From: Epiperipatus broadwayi
Taxonomy: Eukaryota > Animalia > Onychophora
Length of the DNA stretch: 64,000 bases
Assembly (NCBI GenBank): GCA_028023455.1
Contig: JAQFVV010000006.1
Coordinates: forward strand, 434,001-498,000
Reading direction: 5' to 3'
Shown here: one piece after another, positions 24,259 through 39,200 of the stretch
Numbering within the stretch: the stretch's first letter is position 1
How the letters are laid out: each line of letters begins with the position of its first letter
The notes under the pieces: generated by a model
Seen by the model: only the letters and a program-made list of their open reading frames with translations
The model's database searches: none
What the model was told of the DNA's origin: nothing
Position numbers and translations under genes: made by a program

Positions 24259-27200
24259 CTGTATATAATAAACAAATAATAGTTATATGCATATATTTTT
24301 AACTAAAATAAGTTGGATAGAAAAGAAGACAAACAATCATAATATTAAAAGAACTTGCAAGTGAAAAGACATCTGATGAATACGATAAAAAATGAGAAAG
24401 ATTAAATTTTTGGAATATATTTTACAAAATATTTTGAAAGACAAAATTTTAGGAAGAAGATTGAGAGACAGAGCAAGAATATCCTTTCTTAAAAATGTGA
24501 TCAGTGAAATCGGATGTTTTTCATATGCAAATATGAAACCAATTACTAAAAATGCAACGACATAGTTGCATCAACAAGGCATTGCATTTAGAAGCTGATG
24601 ATGAGTGTCGATAAATTATATTTAAAAATATAAAAATCATGTATTTTGTACATGTAGAATATTTTTCAATATTAAACAATTATTTTTATTATGGAAATAT
24701 TTCCCAATTTATTAATAAATACTAGTCGTTTTAAAATCTTATTTCTACTCAGAAAATTAAAATATTTTTTTAATATCAATAATTATTCTAAAATGTAAAA
24801 AAAAATTGTATAAAAATCAATAATAGTTTAAACGGTTCAAAAATACATTCTCTTCAAAGTAGTACAATTTTTTTTTTTTTATATCATTTTCTCAACTTTC
24901 GATTCCATAAAATTATTAAATCTTCCTAAAAATTATCAATTGTCACTTCATCTCTAGAAGAACTATTTTTACAAAAAAAATTCTTGCTTATTATCTGTTA
25001 CAATCAAATAGAATAATATTGCAAATATTTACAAATTAAAACAAATGATCATAGAATTAATAATAAACATATAAATTAAGTTTTAAAAAAAGATCAACTT
25101 TACCAACTAGTGGCTGTCTCTCACTAATCTTTAGAAGATGATGAAAACTTTTGCTGATCATTCGACGTCGGGTATCAAATTCATGAGCTGAATAAAAAAA
25201 ATACAAATATATGTGGATCTACATGTCCGCAAGCGCACACATATTTCATTTAATAATAAAAAAACAAAACAATTACCTGCCATATAAGGAATTTCTAGGA
25301 GCATTGCGGAAACCAAATACACACACTCAAGCTGCTCGAGATTTATGTGCATGTGGAAAGGCATTTGACGTCTTTTTTCAATTTTTTCTTGTTCTGGATT
25401 GCGTTCATGTTGGCGTTGCATGAGAAGACCCTAGAAATTATTCACAAAATCGACCAATAAACATTATGTTAAAACATATAATTTCTTTGGTAAATACTTT
25501 TAAAAACATGATTCAAAAATAGTATTTTATTAAGCGACTTCAGTTTATACAAAGCAAACTAATAAGGACAGTTCAACAATTAGACCTTTAAATTAATTTC
25601 CTCTTACTGGTTATTATTCTGTTATCGTAAAAAAAAGGCAACACAATAAAAAGTGAACATTTTGAAATAATTATCTTAATCTGACATAAAGCTAAAAAAT
25701 TGTTGAGGGTCTTGAATAGGTTAACATCTAATAATTTAAAACTCATTTATATCTAAAGAAGAGTTGGATTTAGAAATGAACAAGAGAAGTAGTTGTTGGA
25801 ATGTTCCAGAACTTATCTTCACCTTAGTCTAGAGCTACTTACTAGAAGCTTGGGTAATCAGTGGATCCAAATAGTATAGGGTTATAAAATTCCCATTTCT
25901 AGATCGGATTCTGATTTTTGTCTTTGACTGTGAGGATTACATTTCAAAGCTAGAATTAAGGTACCTATACATACATCTAGCACTCCACCTATTTTTACTT
26001 CTTTGTACTTTTGAGACTAATATCGTAAAATTAAAAAAAAAAAACACTAAGGTTTTAAATCCAAGCTGAATCTAGTATCAAATTAGTTGTTTTATATTCT
26101 AGAAATATCAGTTCTATGATAAAACTATAGGTTCCTTCTATGCTTTGTCAAACAGTCATCTTTTTATTCCTTTATATTATTCTGCTAACGTCCTGAAATC
26201 CTTTTAAAAAAAAAAACCCTTTAGTTTGCTTGCATAGTTATATAGAGATGTCAACAGATCAGTTTCTATATATTTCAGAACGCTCAGCTCTACAACGACT
26301 ATAGGCAATTTTTCAAATTTCAGGATATCTTGAATATAAAAGTATCCTTCTTACACGAGAGGGCGCTAAAGTTATGTAATATTATTGATTATTAATTTTG
26401 AAATATTATTCTTTCCTTTTCTGTATTTTGCAATGCGAACATTATTTTCTTCAAATAATTTTATTTCCTTACACTTTTTATTGTTCAGCAGTATAATTCA
26501 GAGCCACAAAATATGTAAATATATATGACTACCAAGAAACAAAATATTTTGCTAAAATTTTATCTATATAATTATAATAAACAGTCATAACTTTTAAATG
26601 TATTTTTACGTTGGACTATTTCCATCATCTAATATGCGTATTGAATGTCTTTAAGAAAATTTAACTTTATTTAAATATTCCAAATACATTCAACTGTTAG
26701 TAATAGCACATCAAACAGGTTAGGATATGCACGTTTCAAGAGGTATTATTCTCCCCCTTTCTTCAGGTGTTGCTGGCCTGACCAGTGACAGTACTAGCAT
26801 GGGATTCGAACCTGGGTCCTTAGATTCTTGAATTTTAAGGTAACGCTCTAAGCAACTGAGCCATCCTTAAAATTCAATAATCAAGAATCTAAGAACCCAG
26901 ATTCGAATCCCATGCTAGTACTGTCACTGGTTAGGCCAGCAACACCTGAAGAAGAGGGGAGAATAATACCTCTCAAAACCTTGTGCATATACTAATCTGT
27001 TTGATGTGCTATTACTAACAGTTGAATGTATTTGGAATATTTAAATAAAGTTATATTTACCTAAAGACATTCAATACACATATTAGATGATGGAAATAGT
27101 CCAACGTAAAAATATAACTAGAACACCTTCATCACAAACCTTCAGGGAAACAATAACTTCTAAATATTTGTAATTGCAAATTACTTCCGCTTTGCAATTA

Positions 27201-30200
27201 AAACAAATTATAATAAAATGTTTTGTTTCTATATGGTCATACATATTTTGTAGCTCTGAAGACTATTGGAGGTCAAAACTGAAAGTAAAAAAAATTATTT
27301 GCAATGTATAAAGTGAAAAAAGTTATCATTAATTATAATGTGGTCAATTCCGAGAACTGTTTAAAAGATATAAAAAAGGGAAAGGAGTTTAACATTTGTC
27401 TCATTTATGCTGAAAAAGTATTTGATAGAATGAAAACATTATTTTGGTGAATAATTTGTAAAAAAATATATATATATATAGAATGGAAGATATTATAAGA
27501 CTTCCTGGTCTTCTAATAAAAGAAATAAACATAAGAAAGAATGAACAGCAAGTGAGATATATCTCGCTTTGTTTAATATGACAGAACTGGTACTGAAGGC
27601 AGATGCATTCTATTGTTTTTACTAATAATATGGCTGCAATAAATAGTAATAATGAATTTAAATTCTGGAAGGTTTGGGATGAAAATAAGAGTAAAAAATA
27701 TAATTAAGTGATAAGTTAATAATATTAAAAGTGAGTACTGGGGAGGAAATTATAAAGAAGGTTATTGCTTTTAAATATTTATGAACCTGATGACAGATGA
27801 AATGACAAAAAAATTACAATGATTACAAGAATTTATAATAGATTACTCGGTGAACCAATAACGGTCGATTTAAGAAAGATATATGTTAAATGTTTTATTT
27901 GAAATATTACTTTATATAGAGCAGAAATGTAGACAAACAAGAAAAAAAATGGAAAAAAGGTGCAACTTTCAGATATATTGATTTTGAAATGAAAAAAATA
28001 AGTTGGAAAGATAATATTAGCAACTTAGAAATAAAAAAAAAAAAAAAAACTGTTTATCAATAAAATTGACAGTGGAAGAGACAGAAAAGCTTGCCTTTTA
28101 AGACTTATATTTCTGGTTTGGTAAGATCTCCATTTTACAGTAACTAATAACAACGATTAAAAGAATACAAAGCACAGGTTATCAATAACTCAAAAGTCAA
28201 ACAATAAATACTATGTATCATTAAATTATATAACTACATATATATATATATATAAACTAAACAAATTAATCCACAGCAATCCTAAATTGCACTCCTTTAT
28301 CCATGTAAGTTAAACAACTAATGAAAAAGATATGATTGACCCCATTCATTGTATGTATTTATATTTCATGGGAAAAAAAAAACTTCATTCTTCAGATGAA
28401 TTAGAGGTTTAAAAGCTTGACTTTCTCACCAGATACGAAAGTCCCAGTTTCTTTATAATGTCTGCATTCTACTTTTAAAGACTGAATATATTCTCAATCA
28501 AATAAACATGCATATGTATATTTAACGATTTTTAATAAACACAAATAAGTTTATAGCTTATCGAATATGTTACTTTAAGAATATAAACCCATGTCAAGCA
28601 TTGGTAGCCGAGAGGTCAGCGCAGCTGCCTTGCTAGTAAGCAGTTGCTTGCAGACAGTTGTCGCGGGTTCGCTTCCCGGCCGATGCTTTGACATACGAGA
28701 AAAAAAAGAATATAAACCCATTCAATGATTTTTAATGAACACATAAATAATTTTACCACTTATCAAATATGTAATGTTAAGAATCTAAACCCATTCACGG
28801 AACAAACAGATTCCAATACATTATTAAGGTAATTCACAATACGTTAAGAATTTAAACCCATTCATGGAACAAATGAGTCCAATACATTACTAAGGTAATT
28901 CACAAGGGCAACATTCCTAAAGAATCCTTTAAACAAAACTGCAAACTGCACCTACTTTCTTTCATATCAATGAAAATCTATTTTGTCGGATAAAAGATGT
29001 TTGTAATTTCATTTAAATGATTTTTTACGAATCCTTACTATGAATTACCTTAGTAACGTATTAGTTCTTGTTTGTTCCATGAATGGGTTTAGATTCTTAG
29101 ATTTTATATATTTGATAAGTTTTAAAAGTATTTATTTGCTCATTAAAAATCATTCGAATTTCATCTAAATTAATATTTGAAACTACAAGCTGGCAGGAGG
29201 AATATAAAAACAAAAATCAACGCTAATAAAATGTTTCAGCTCGAGAATAAATGCTTAATGTATAATTATATAAAAAACCGAAGGTCAGATAGAAGTCATT
29301 GTCTTTTATCTGACGAATTAGATTGATAAAACCAAAGGTGGGCATTTTATTTAAATGATTCTTTAGGAATAATTTGAATGCCAATTATCTTAATATATTG
29401 GGACTTGTTAGTGGTATAAATGCATGTATATTCAAGCTTTATGAACTAATTAAAATACAATCATTAGAAATTCGGGGGAAGATTCAGTTGTTTAAAACCT
29501 CTAGCTCACTTGAAGAATAGAAATTTGCCCATGATATATATATACATGAGGTGTGACAATTTAATTCCCAGAGTGGCATGTGTGGTGTCACCTATGATCT
29601 AATTGTATCAAAATCACATGAGTATTGAACTTTCATGTTTGAACATGTTTGAGCTAGCATGCGTAAATCAGTGCGACACTTTGGTGTAAAAATGGGTAGG
29701 GTGCACTCGTTGTGAGAGATTTTTTGGCCAAAAAATCAATTACATAACTAGACCATCCTGACTATTCACCTGGCTTAGCTCCCTGTGATTTGTGGGTATT
29801 TCAAAATTAAAAACTGAAGGCAAAGATTTTCTACTATCACTGATATCCAAAAGAATGTGCTTCCAAAAATGGGAACACTATTTTAATCAGCATATAGATG
29901 CGCAAGGGGACTACTTTGAAGGTGACAGTAGCCACTAGTGTACACTTCCTCATGTATATTTTATGAAGATGCATTCACCTTGTATATAAAGTGAGGTAGT
30001 GAAATCTTTCCCATTGGTTCAACAGTTTATAAGATTTCGCATTCGTTAGTGAAGCTATAATTATACTTAAAATATTGTGTAATCGGTCTGCTTAGCGCTT
30101 TCGAGATTTAATGTTGGAATCTCATACTCATAGCTTTGTGAATAAATACTGTCGTTTTTTATTGTACACATATGCAAATGAGTTTGAATATTTAATTAGT

Positions 30201-33200
30201 CCATTGTAAAGCGCTAAGCAGACCGATTACACATTATTTTAAGTATAATTATAGCTTCACTATCGAATGTGAAAAAAGTCACATACACCTGGGTCTCTTT
30301 TTACGCGGACTTATTTAACACGATTTTGAAGTTACGTGATTCGTGTTTCACCGGAAGTGTGTTAAATAAGTCCACATAAAAAGAGATCCAGGTGTATAAA
30401 CTCCGATAATGCGCTATTCCTTTAAATAATAAATTTCGCGCACTTACGTTATATTGATATTAATAGCACATTATTGGAATTCGACGTTCATCTTAGTAAT
30501 TTCAATATTTTCAGTGCTTTATAATAGTAAGATTTTATGCAATAATGAAATTAAAATCATAATTTCCACATTTTATATATACACACATTAAATTTTACCA
30601 GATTATAATGTAAATTTGTTCAAACATTGTGCATGTTAATTTTGCATTTTAAATCACATTCTGTTTTTGCTTTTTTTAAAAAAATGTAATCAATTATTAA
30701 TCATTTAGTGTCCACAAGTTTATTTTTAAAAGGTCAGTAATAGCAGTGGGCACAATTAAATTTGACAATTAAAATCTCATTTTTAATTGTGATTAACAAT
30801 TTAAAAATTACTTACTGCGACTTGAAATTAATGTGAAATTTGATTTTTAAACGGAATTGAAAATTAAAGACAAAAATAAGAATTTAATTTTTAGTTGTTA
30901 GTTTCATAAACAATTAATAAAATCATCATCTCAAAGATTAATTACTAATTACGTTGTCACCAGAAAACCACTGTTACAACATGAGTGTGAAGTTGGCGCT
31001 AGTTGTTTGCAAACGAACGTGTTATTTTGACTAAAATTAAATATTATAGTTAAAAAAAGTTTGTCTTGTATCAATTTTTTATTAGTCATATTTTATTTCC
31101 TTTTTTTTTTTTTTGCGTGAATTTTGAAAAATCACAGACCGCATCCCCCCTTTTTCAATGTAAGTTACGTCTATTTTTTGCGCAATTTCGTTTGCGCGTG
31201 TTTTCTGAGGAACCTATCTATTGTGTAAAACGAGACCCAGGTGTATTTATAATTACAATTTTCACTAGTGAAGAGAAAAACAATTTATTTATAAGATTAT
31301 AGAATGCAATCTAGGAGCACTGTGAATTATTTAAGTAATTATATCTTTCAACATAGTGCTTGACCATTATATGTATATATACTGTAATTTCAATTTTTTG
31401 TGTTTTTACTAACTTCACCACATTGCATTCATCCATCATCCTAGAAACTAAGACCATTGACTCTCTGCTCATCGTACATGCATTTTGCAAACAACATTTA
31501 TTCAAAAGATGAGCTAGCGATATTAATACTTAAATTCCCCATTTCTGTTTCTATAGTTCAATATTTCCTATAACATTATTCTCATGCCAGATAGGAATTA
31601 ATTTCAAGCCCACTTTTAACATCTCATGGAAAGCTGAATAAACATTATAATGAAGTTTTCATATTGGTTTTTTTTTTTATCAGTGCATCTCTGATCCCAA
31701 TCGCACCAATATTGCAATTATCCATCAGCAAAGAAACGCGGATCAACCTCTACCACTATGCATGTACTTTGTATATATAGTATATGTTGAAGCTATATAT
31801 ATGCATACATATATGTATTTCATGTCGGTAATGTTAAAAATCATGAAAAAATCTTGAATTTAAATGTTTTAAAATTTTAATAAATAAAAATGAAATATAT
31901 ATTTTAAATGCACAGATAAATGTATACGGTATAATTAATTATTGTTTTGTTAAATCAAGTTAAACAACAAAATATATTTCTAAAGTTTGTAAAAGAAAAA
32001 AAAAACAATTCTAAATTTAGCTTAAAAGTAGATTAAAAGCAAAAAGTGTTTACTTTGAAAAATAATTAAAAATAGAAATGACATTCTAGGAAAAAATAAT
32101 TAAAATACTTGTAAACAGATTGATAGATTAAAATTAAGGAGATAAATAATTGACATGATTTAATATAAAAGGCTGTTATTCCCGCACAAAGATAAAAACT
32201 TGGTATTGAGCAAATAAAGTCAGATCGCAATGGATTCTTTGGAATTCTCTATAGTCAAAAGATCCAAAAATGTGCGATGGATCCGAATTTTACAGATAAG
32301 ATAGCTCCAAATCACATAAATAGTGCTTGAACTCGTGGATTATTATTTTTCAGCTATAATTAATTCTTGTCTGCTTCCAGGATTCTATTCTGCTTCCATT
32401 ATTCTTTGTATGCTATTATTCTGCGAATCTGCTAGTTCCAGCCAGATCTACAATGCAAGAGTAGTGAAGCCATTATCTGCTTCACTTTCTCAAGCTGACA
32501 GAGGGCATGCTGAAAACCTATTGCCGAGTCCCGAAAAAGCCAATAGTAAGAGAAACCACACAAATGTGTGTCTGCTATGTATCCACCTGAAATGAGTAAA
32601 AGTATGATGTCCAGTGCTACAGGAAGAACCAGCCACCAAATTCAAGACATTGATATCTATGCATTCTAAATGAATATAAAATAGTAATTTAAACCTACTG
32701 TCACCATAGTTAAGGTTTAATGAAAACGCGAAAAATACACCAATACCTAAAGATTGAAAGTGAACTTTTGATGCTGAAAGAATAAATATGAACCTTAAAA
32801 GTAATCTTTAGTTAATTATTATTTATCTCCTATCTAATGAAATATGTTAGTAAATAGTCATTTATTTAATTTGTTTATGAGCAGGTATGGCAAGAGATTG
32901 TAGTTTGTTCTATTTATCATGCCACAATTTAGTTGGCGATAATTGCATAAAATTATTTTACAAAAGGCAATTAGCTGCTAATTGCAATATCTTGCCACGC
33001 TATTAAATATTTGTATCTTATAAATCAGTTATTTCTACTTTATTCAAAGATAAATAATGTTAAAGAAATAAGTTAATAGATTATGAAGGGAGTTGAATCG
33101 TGCTGCATAGACAAGCTAGACTAAGGTTGTATTAAATAAACTATTTTTGCGTTTTGAGATGAAATAATTCACAGAAATGGATGTCTGTTAACTGTCAATT

Positions 33201-36200
33201 CAGTTATGCTCGTTATATCTGAAACTCATTCTTATGTAGCGCATTAGTATTAGATGATTGTAACATCATTTGCGAATTGCTGGTCTCTTAGTCATTATTT
33301 TATTTAAACGGTGATGTGCAGTAGATGATCAATTTCTATCTAGTCATTTATGTACACAGTGCCAAACACTTAGTCATTTATGTACACAGTGCCAAACACT
33401 TTAAGAAGTATTACACGGTAGAAAGATTAATTCCTACCATATGCATATAATTTATCATGTATTGATTCTTATTCAGAAACTATTGTAGTACAGATGTTAT
33501 TTCCTGTATTTTACAATTATTTTATTATTTAATTTCTTGCTAATATCATCACTTGAAATTGATCACAGCAGTCAATTAATTAAATCATTCTTAGTTTATA
33601 TGGTATTAACCTCATTAGACAGGTTCAATTAGTCTTAGAACAGTAATAAGAAAGGTACAAGCGGTTAGATTGGGATCCATTCACAAACAAATAATGATAA
33701 TAATATTTTACATTAGTAATAGTTCAAATGAGAAGTTTTAAAATATTTAAGTATTTCACAACCATATACTACATCGGTGCATTTTATAAATTAAATCAAT
33801 ACTAATCAGATTTAATTAAATGGGTTTATTTACAATGAATTAATTTATAAATCAATTAACTAAAGTGCCACCAATGTGTGTTATTTTGTATATATGTGAA
33901 TAAACAGTGTTAGTCTCATTATTTTTGGCAGTTTGTCATCATTATTTGCAATCAATAAGTTAAGTAAATAGTTAAGAGTTTCTTGTTTCTCCCTGACCTT
34001 AGCGGACCGTAAAAGAAAAATTTGTTAATCTGTGATGTCAGAATGTGAAATCCACATGTAGATTGCCCTTGTGTGATTTTCATGTCAGTTGGGCAGTTCA
34101 AGTTCTTTCAAAACTATTTCTATCCCACTTGTGTTTGAAATGACCATAAGGTACCAATAAATTCATGTCATGCATTCTTTGCATGTTACATATGATGTAT
34201 TCCAGTTCGTAGAAATTCTAATCCCTAATTCCAGAATAAAAATAATCGAAAATTATTTTCACCTTACTCTAGAACAACCTATTGAGTATTCAACGCATAC
34301 AATTTATAGTTCTATAAAATCTGCATTCCCAGACTGGTTTCTGGCTTTTGCTCTCATCAATGAAGACTAGAATTCGAAGAAGGAACCAATATACTTCTGC
34401 ATCTAGAAGCTACCTTTTATTCTTAATACGACTTGTTGTTGTTTGATTAGTCAAATTCATAATAACTGGTTTTAAAAAAGAGTGAAGATAGCTTATCTTG
34501 GAAGCACATGAGCAAGTGCCCAGTCATGTTGTTGTTGAAGAAAATGATACCAATCCTGTAATTGCTTAAAATGAGTAAGCTAATCAAGAAAGACAATATT
34601 TTTAATAAGAAGCTCAGTTAAAATTATCTTCATTAAAAAAAGATGCAAATTCCACTGACTATATATTTCAAATAATATAAAATTGCAATGTCATGTGATA
34701 AACCCACTCACAAATTAAAAAAAAAAATACTCATGTAGTCAAAACGAATTCTATGCTGTAAGATATAATGAGCTACAGTTAATTCCATTCCTGTTTTTGT
34801 GGATTTCACATCAATTCAATTCCTAACTTAATGGTGGATGAAAGAACACAGTATTCACTACTTCAGGGCAATTATCTTCAACCTATTCTGGAGCCATCTA
34901 TCATAAGAGTATACAATGGACATTAGATGATATAGCACTATAAAATCCCCAACTCCAGATCAACCAGTTTCTTTACTTTCATAATAAACACTATGTTATC
35001 TGGTCTCTATTGATTACTCAAACTTACAGCAGATGTCGCTGAGAAGGATGGGGTAACTACCACTTGGAAGCAAAGTTATTAAGCATATGCAGGGTCATGT
35101 ATGATATTACTTTTCTAGCCAGATGGTAGAAGAAGCCTGTAGTTGCTATGCAACTGAAGTTTCAAAAACATAAGAAAACTGACCTGGTATGAGATTTATG
35201 TAGCTATGCAAATGAATTGCCCTGGGCTTGAAACCATATCATTTTTCTAAATTTCATCTTATGACCTGAAATAATATAAGAAAAAAGTTACTAGATGTAA
35301 AAATGCATTAGTTGCAGCTTAAAATCTTATTCTTCACTGATGAAGACAAGAATCAGAAAGTAGATAGTCTGGACATGGGAATTTTATAGTACTATACCAT
35401 CTGCTGTCCAGTCATTATTCAAGCTTATAATAGATGGCGCTAGAAGAGAATAAAAATAACTGTTTTTGGAAGCATACGAATAAGCATGTGAGAGTCATGC
35501 GATGTTAGTACGCATCAGTTTTTCGTTGGCTCATAGCTTGCAAAATAGTATTACTAATAGTGATGAAACATTTTTATTAAGACGTGTCCGAAAAGCTTAA
35601 ATATTGGTTTCTATCATAAGAATAGATGTGATCTGTTCTCTTTCTTGTGCTATATTTTGGCACACTAAGTATACCTGGACATTTCGACTTAGCAGTATAT
35701 AGTAATATGATATAAATATTTTTGATAATTGCTTTATAAACATCATTAAATACATTCCAATGGATAAAATTCAATAATAGATTATTGCGATTTGCCTACG
35801 TCTTTAATGACTTTGTCTAAAATTGATGAATGACATTTTATTTCTAGATGTATTTTGGTGTACATCTAGCATCTAGTTGAATTAGTTTAACGTTTTTTTT
35901 AGAACAATTCAAACTTTATTTATATCTTTCCAAACACATTTAATTATTAGCAAACATAATAGGTTAGTATACAATCCAACATTTCAAACCATTATTTTTT
36001 CCTCTTCTTCGGATGTTTTCGATCTCCCAATGATAATACTAGTATAGGGATTTAATCAGTAACATTTAGATTCATAAATACTGAATTTAAGGTGACATAT
36101 CTAACCATATAAGCTATTCTATTGCAGACAATAAACAGGAAAAATGTGATATACTTATTTATGACTCCCCTACTTTTTCTTTTTAAGGGCACAATTAATG

Positions 36201-39200
36201 AATAATTTTCAAATATTATGAATTATCGTATGAAATTGACTTATGGGATTATTTGCTATCGTCATGTGACCAACCTTTTTAAATTTTCTTCGTCTCTGCC
36301 CAATATTCCTCTGTTTCTCCAGGCAAACTTATGTTTATTGGTATTATTACTTCAGCGATACATTTTTTCATCTCTTATTTAAAGATCCTGGAAATAATCT
36401 GACATATAACTACAAGTCTTTATTGACGGCCTGATATATATGATTCTGGAGTATATTGTCATGTCATTATTTTTTATAATTATGAATAGTGAACAAAACC
36501 TTATTCAGCTTTAGTATAAAACTGATCAGAACTGCTTTAAACAAGTGAGACATAAATTACTCTAAAAAACTGTGATTCATTAAGCTAACACTACATATAT
36601 TACAAAAATTTACATTGTAAAGTTCATTACTTCTAGCGAGCATTGTAGTCATAACAATCATCTTTTAATTAACGGATAAATAATTATCATTTGTAATTTA
36701 TGGCTGTTACAGTGTAAGCTGCTAAATATATATCAAGGGATACAAAATGATATGTCACATTTGAGAAGTTACAGTGAGGCCATCGTATCCACTATCTCAA
36801 AATCTAATGATGATTCGGAAAAAATTAATAAAAAAAATAATATTTTCTAGTTCGTATTTATTATAATCAGAAAATAGTATATTCTACTGCGTTGCATCGC
36901 ATTGCAACTACCTCGTATTATGATTACAAAACACTCCCTTTCATCGACCATTTCACAAATAAATGCTGCTTAGTTTAACGGATGTGTGTGAAATTACTGG
37001 TAATCAATTTAATATTACTTACTGTTTTACTAGCATTTTATGACGAAAAGAGTGGGGGGGCGGAGGGATTTAATAATTTTATTTTTAGCATTTTAATGTA
37101 TTTCATTTTTAACACATATGATAATATATATAAGAGCTTTAACATGCTGAAGAAGAAGCTGTCAGTAGAACAAAAACAATTAAATTAATCTAGGCCTAGT
37201 ACTTTCGAGGTTTTTCAAAAGTACTAGGCCTAGATTAATTTAATTTAATTGTTTTTGTTACTATTGACAGCTTCTTCTTCAGTGTGTTAAAGCACTTATA
37301 TATATTATATAACACATATGATATAAATATGTATTTAAAAATATTATAGTGCTTTAAAATCTATTATTCCATAATTAAAATTAAAAAATATTCAATATGT
37401 AATAAAGAATGGAATACAATATTATTAAAAATGTCTGTATGCATTTTATATACTATATACACTTAAAGTATCTTATTTTATTTTTTTTGTTGTTGATAGT
37501 TTAATTATTTCATGTAGCTTTAAACCCAATTTGTATAAGCATGTACACATAATATTGCCTTTATATCCCAGTCCGTGTTCTATAAATATATAGATGTGTG
37601 CCGAAAACATATAGCATTCACTACTATCCATTAATTTACGCTATCCATGGGTAGCCTTGAAACCAAATGCCACGGATACAGCTGTCCCATTCAATACATC
37701 GCTTGGTTAACTGAGAAGATCCAGGCAGCCATTAAATATATAATGTCTACAACTACTTATGCTTGAAATGTTATGAGTGCATATTAGTTACAATTTCTAG
37801 AAATATAAATATATGCATATATACAAATAGGAAATTTTAATTCTTTCATGATTACGAAAATATGTATCAATTTACTTGTGCTAATAACTCCTTAGCACGG
37901 CCTCCGCTCTGAATATCCAAAAGGGCATGATGGGAATCTTTAATCATACCATGGCGAAATGCACAAAGACCCAACTGTACCATAGTACGATTGTACAAAA
38001 TCTATAAAAATTTTAAAAAAAAAAGGAATATTATTTAAATCTTATAAATAAAATTAATAACTAAAAAAAAAAATCGATATTATTTATTTGCAAATTCATT
38101 TGTTAAATTAAATAAAAAAAAAAAATTAAGCAAATTGCAAATGGAAATTGTAACATATCAAACAATCGCATATTCATTTTGGTATTGATCAAAGTATTTC
38201 CATACTTCCAGTACCTGTAAAGGGACATCTGCTAAATGAATGGCATCCTGCAGATGTGACATAAGCATAAGATCTCTAGCTTCAAACCAGCGGTCATGGA
38301 GAGCGTGGTGGTAAATGTGACATAAGATTGCACGTGTACGAATACGATCTGTATTATCCTTCGCATAGATGAATTTGCAAAGACGATCCATTAAATAAGT
38401 AGTATCTTCTTGATTCGGTTGCTGAAAACATTAAAACATTTACAGAAGTTTAAAAACAAATGTGCATTTTAAGAAAAGTAATTAAAAAAATAAGAATAAT
38501 TTTCTATAATTAATTTTTAAAAAAAAGCAATAACAAATATTAAGACCATGTAATTCCTTAGACATCTTTCCATTTTAGTGAGAGAATTTAAATAAAATTA
38601 TCTGAATCCTAATAATTAAAAATAAAATATTTAATCAAGTGAGACTTGATCCATCCAGCAATTATCTGCAGCTAAACTTATGAAGATTCATATAAACAAC
38701 TCAATCTCTGAGTGCATTGAGCACAATGGAAAAAATAGGAGATTCAAAAAAACTTATGGTTAACCGGATTAACCCCGGTAAAGGAAAAATTTTAAAAAAT
38801 TGCATATAGCCTATCACTTGATATTGAACTATCATATGCCTTTCTGAGTCACTAACAGTGATAAATAAATAAAAAATCACAGTATTTGAAATAGCTCCAA
38901 ATTCTATCCATCCTTCTTGAACTTTTCATAATGTTTTTATTAAAATGTGATAGTTTTGAGTATTTAGCAGTTTTATTCAGAACTTTCTCCTTTGATAATA
39001 AAAATAGGTTTATTTATTAAAGGAAGAAGACTGTTAAATAGCCGAAATGTAAGCCATTTTAGTAAAATGTTGAAAAAAGTACACAGAGAAAACTTCAAGA
39101 TTTTATTATGCAATGCAAGAATGGGGTACTGAATAGCTGCTATATTAATCTTTAACTGAGTTTGAAGAAGTTACCTGGACTGGGAATAATGTAATAATTT

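Noticed and set aside
28598-28690. Functional tRNA gene
   Set aside because: Non-canonical anticodon and T loops plus an A tail and TSD indicate a retroposed copy.
32323-32595. 90-aa plus-strand ORF as a gene
   Set aside because: No recognisable domain; the opposite strand has only faint Gypsy RNase H-like resemblance, too weak to call.
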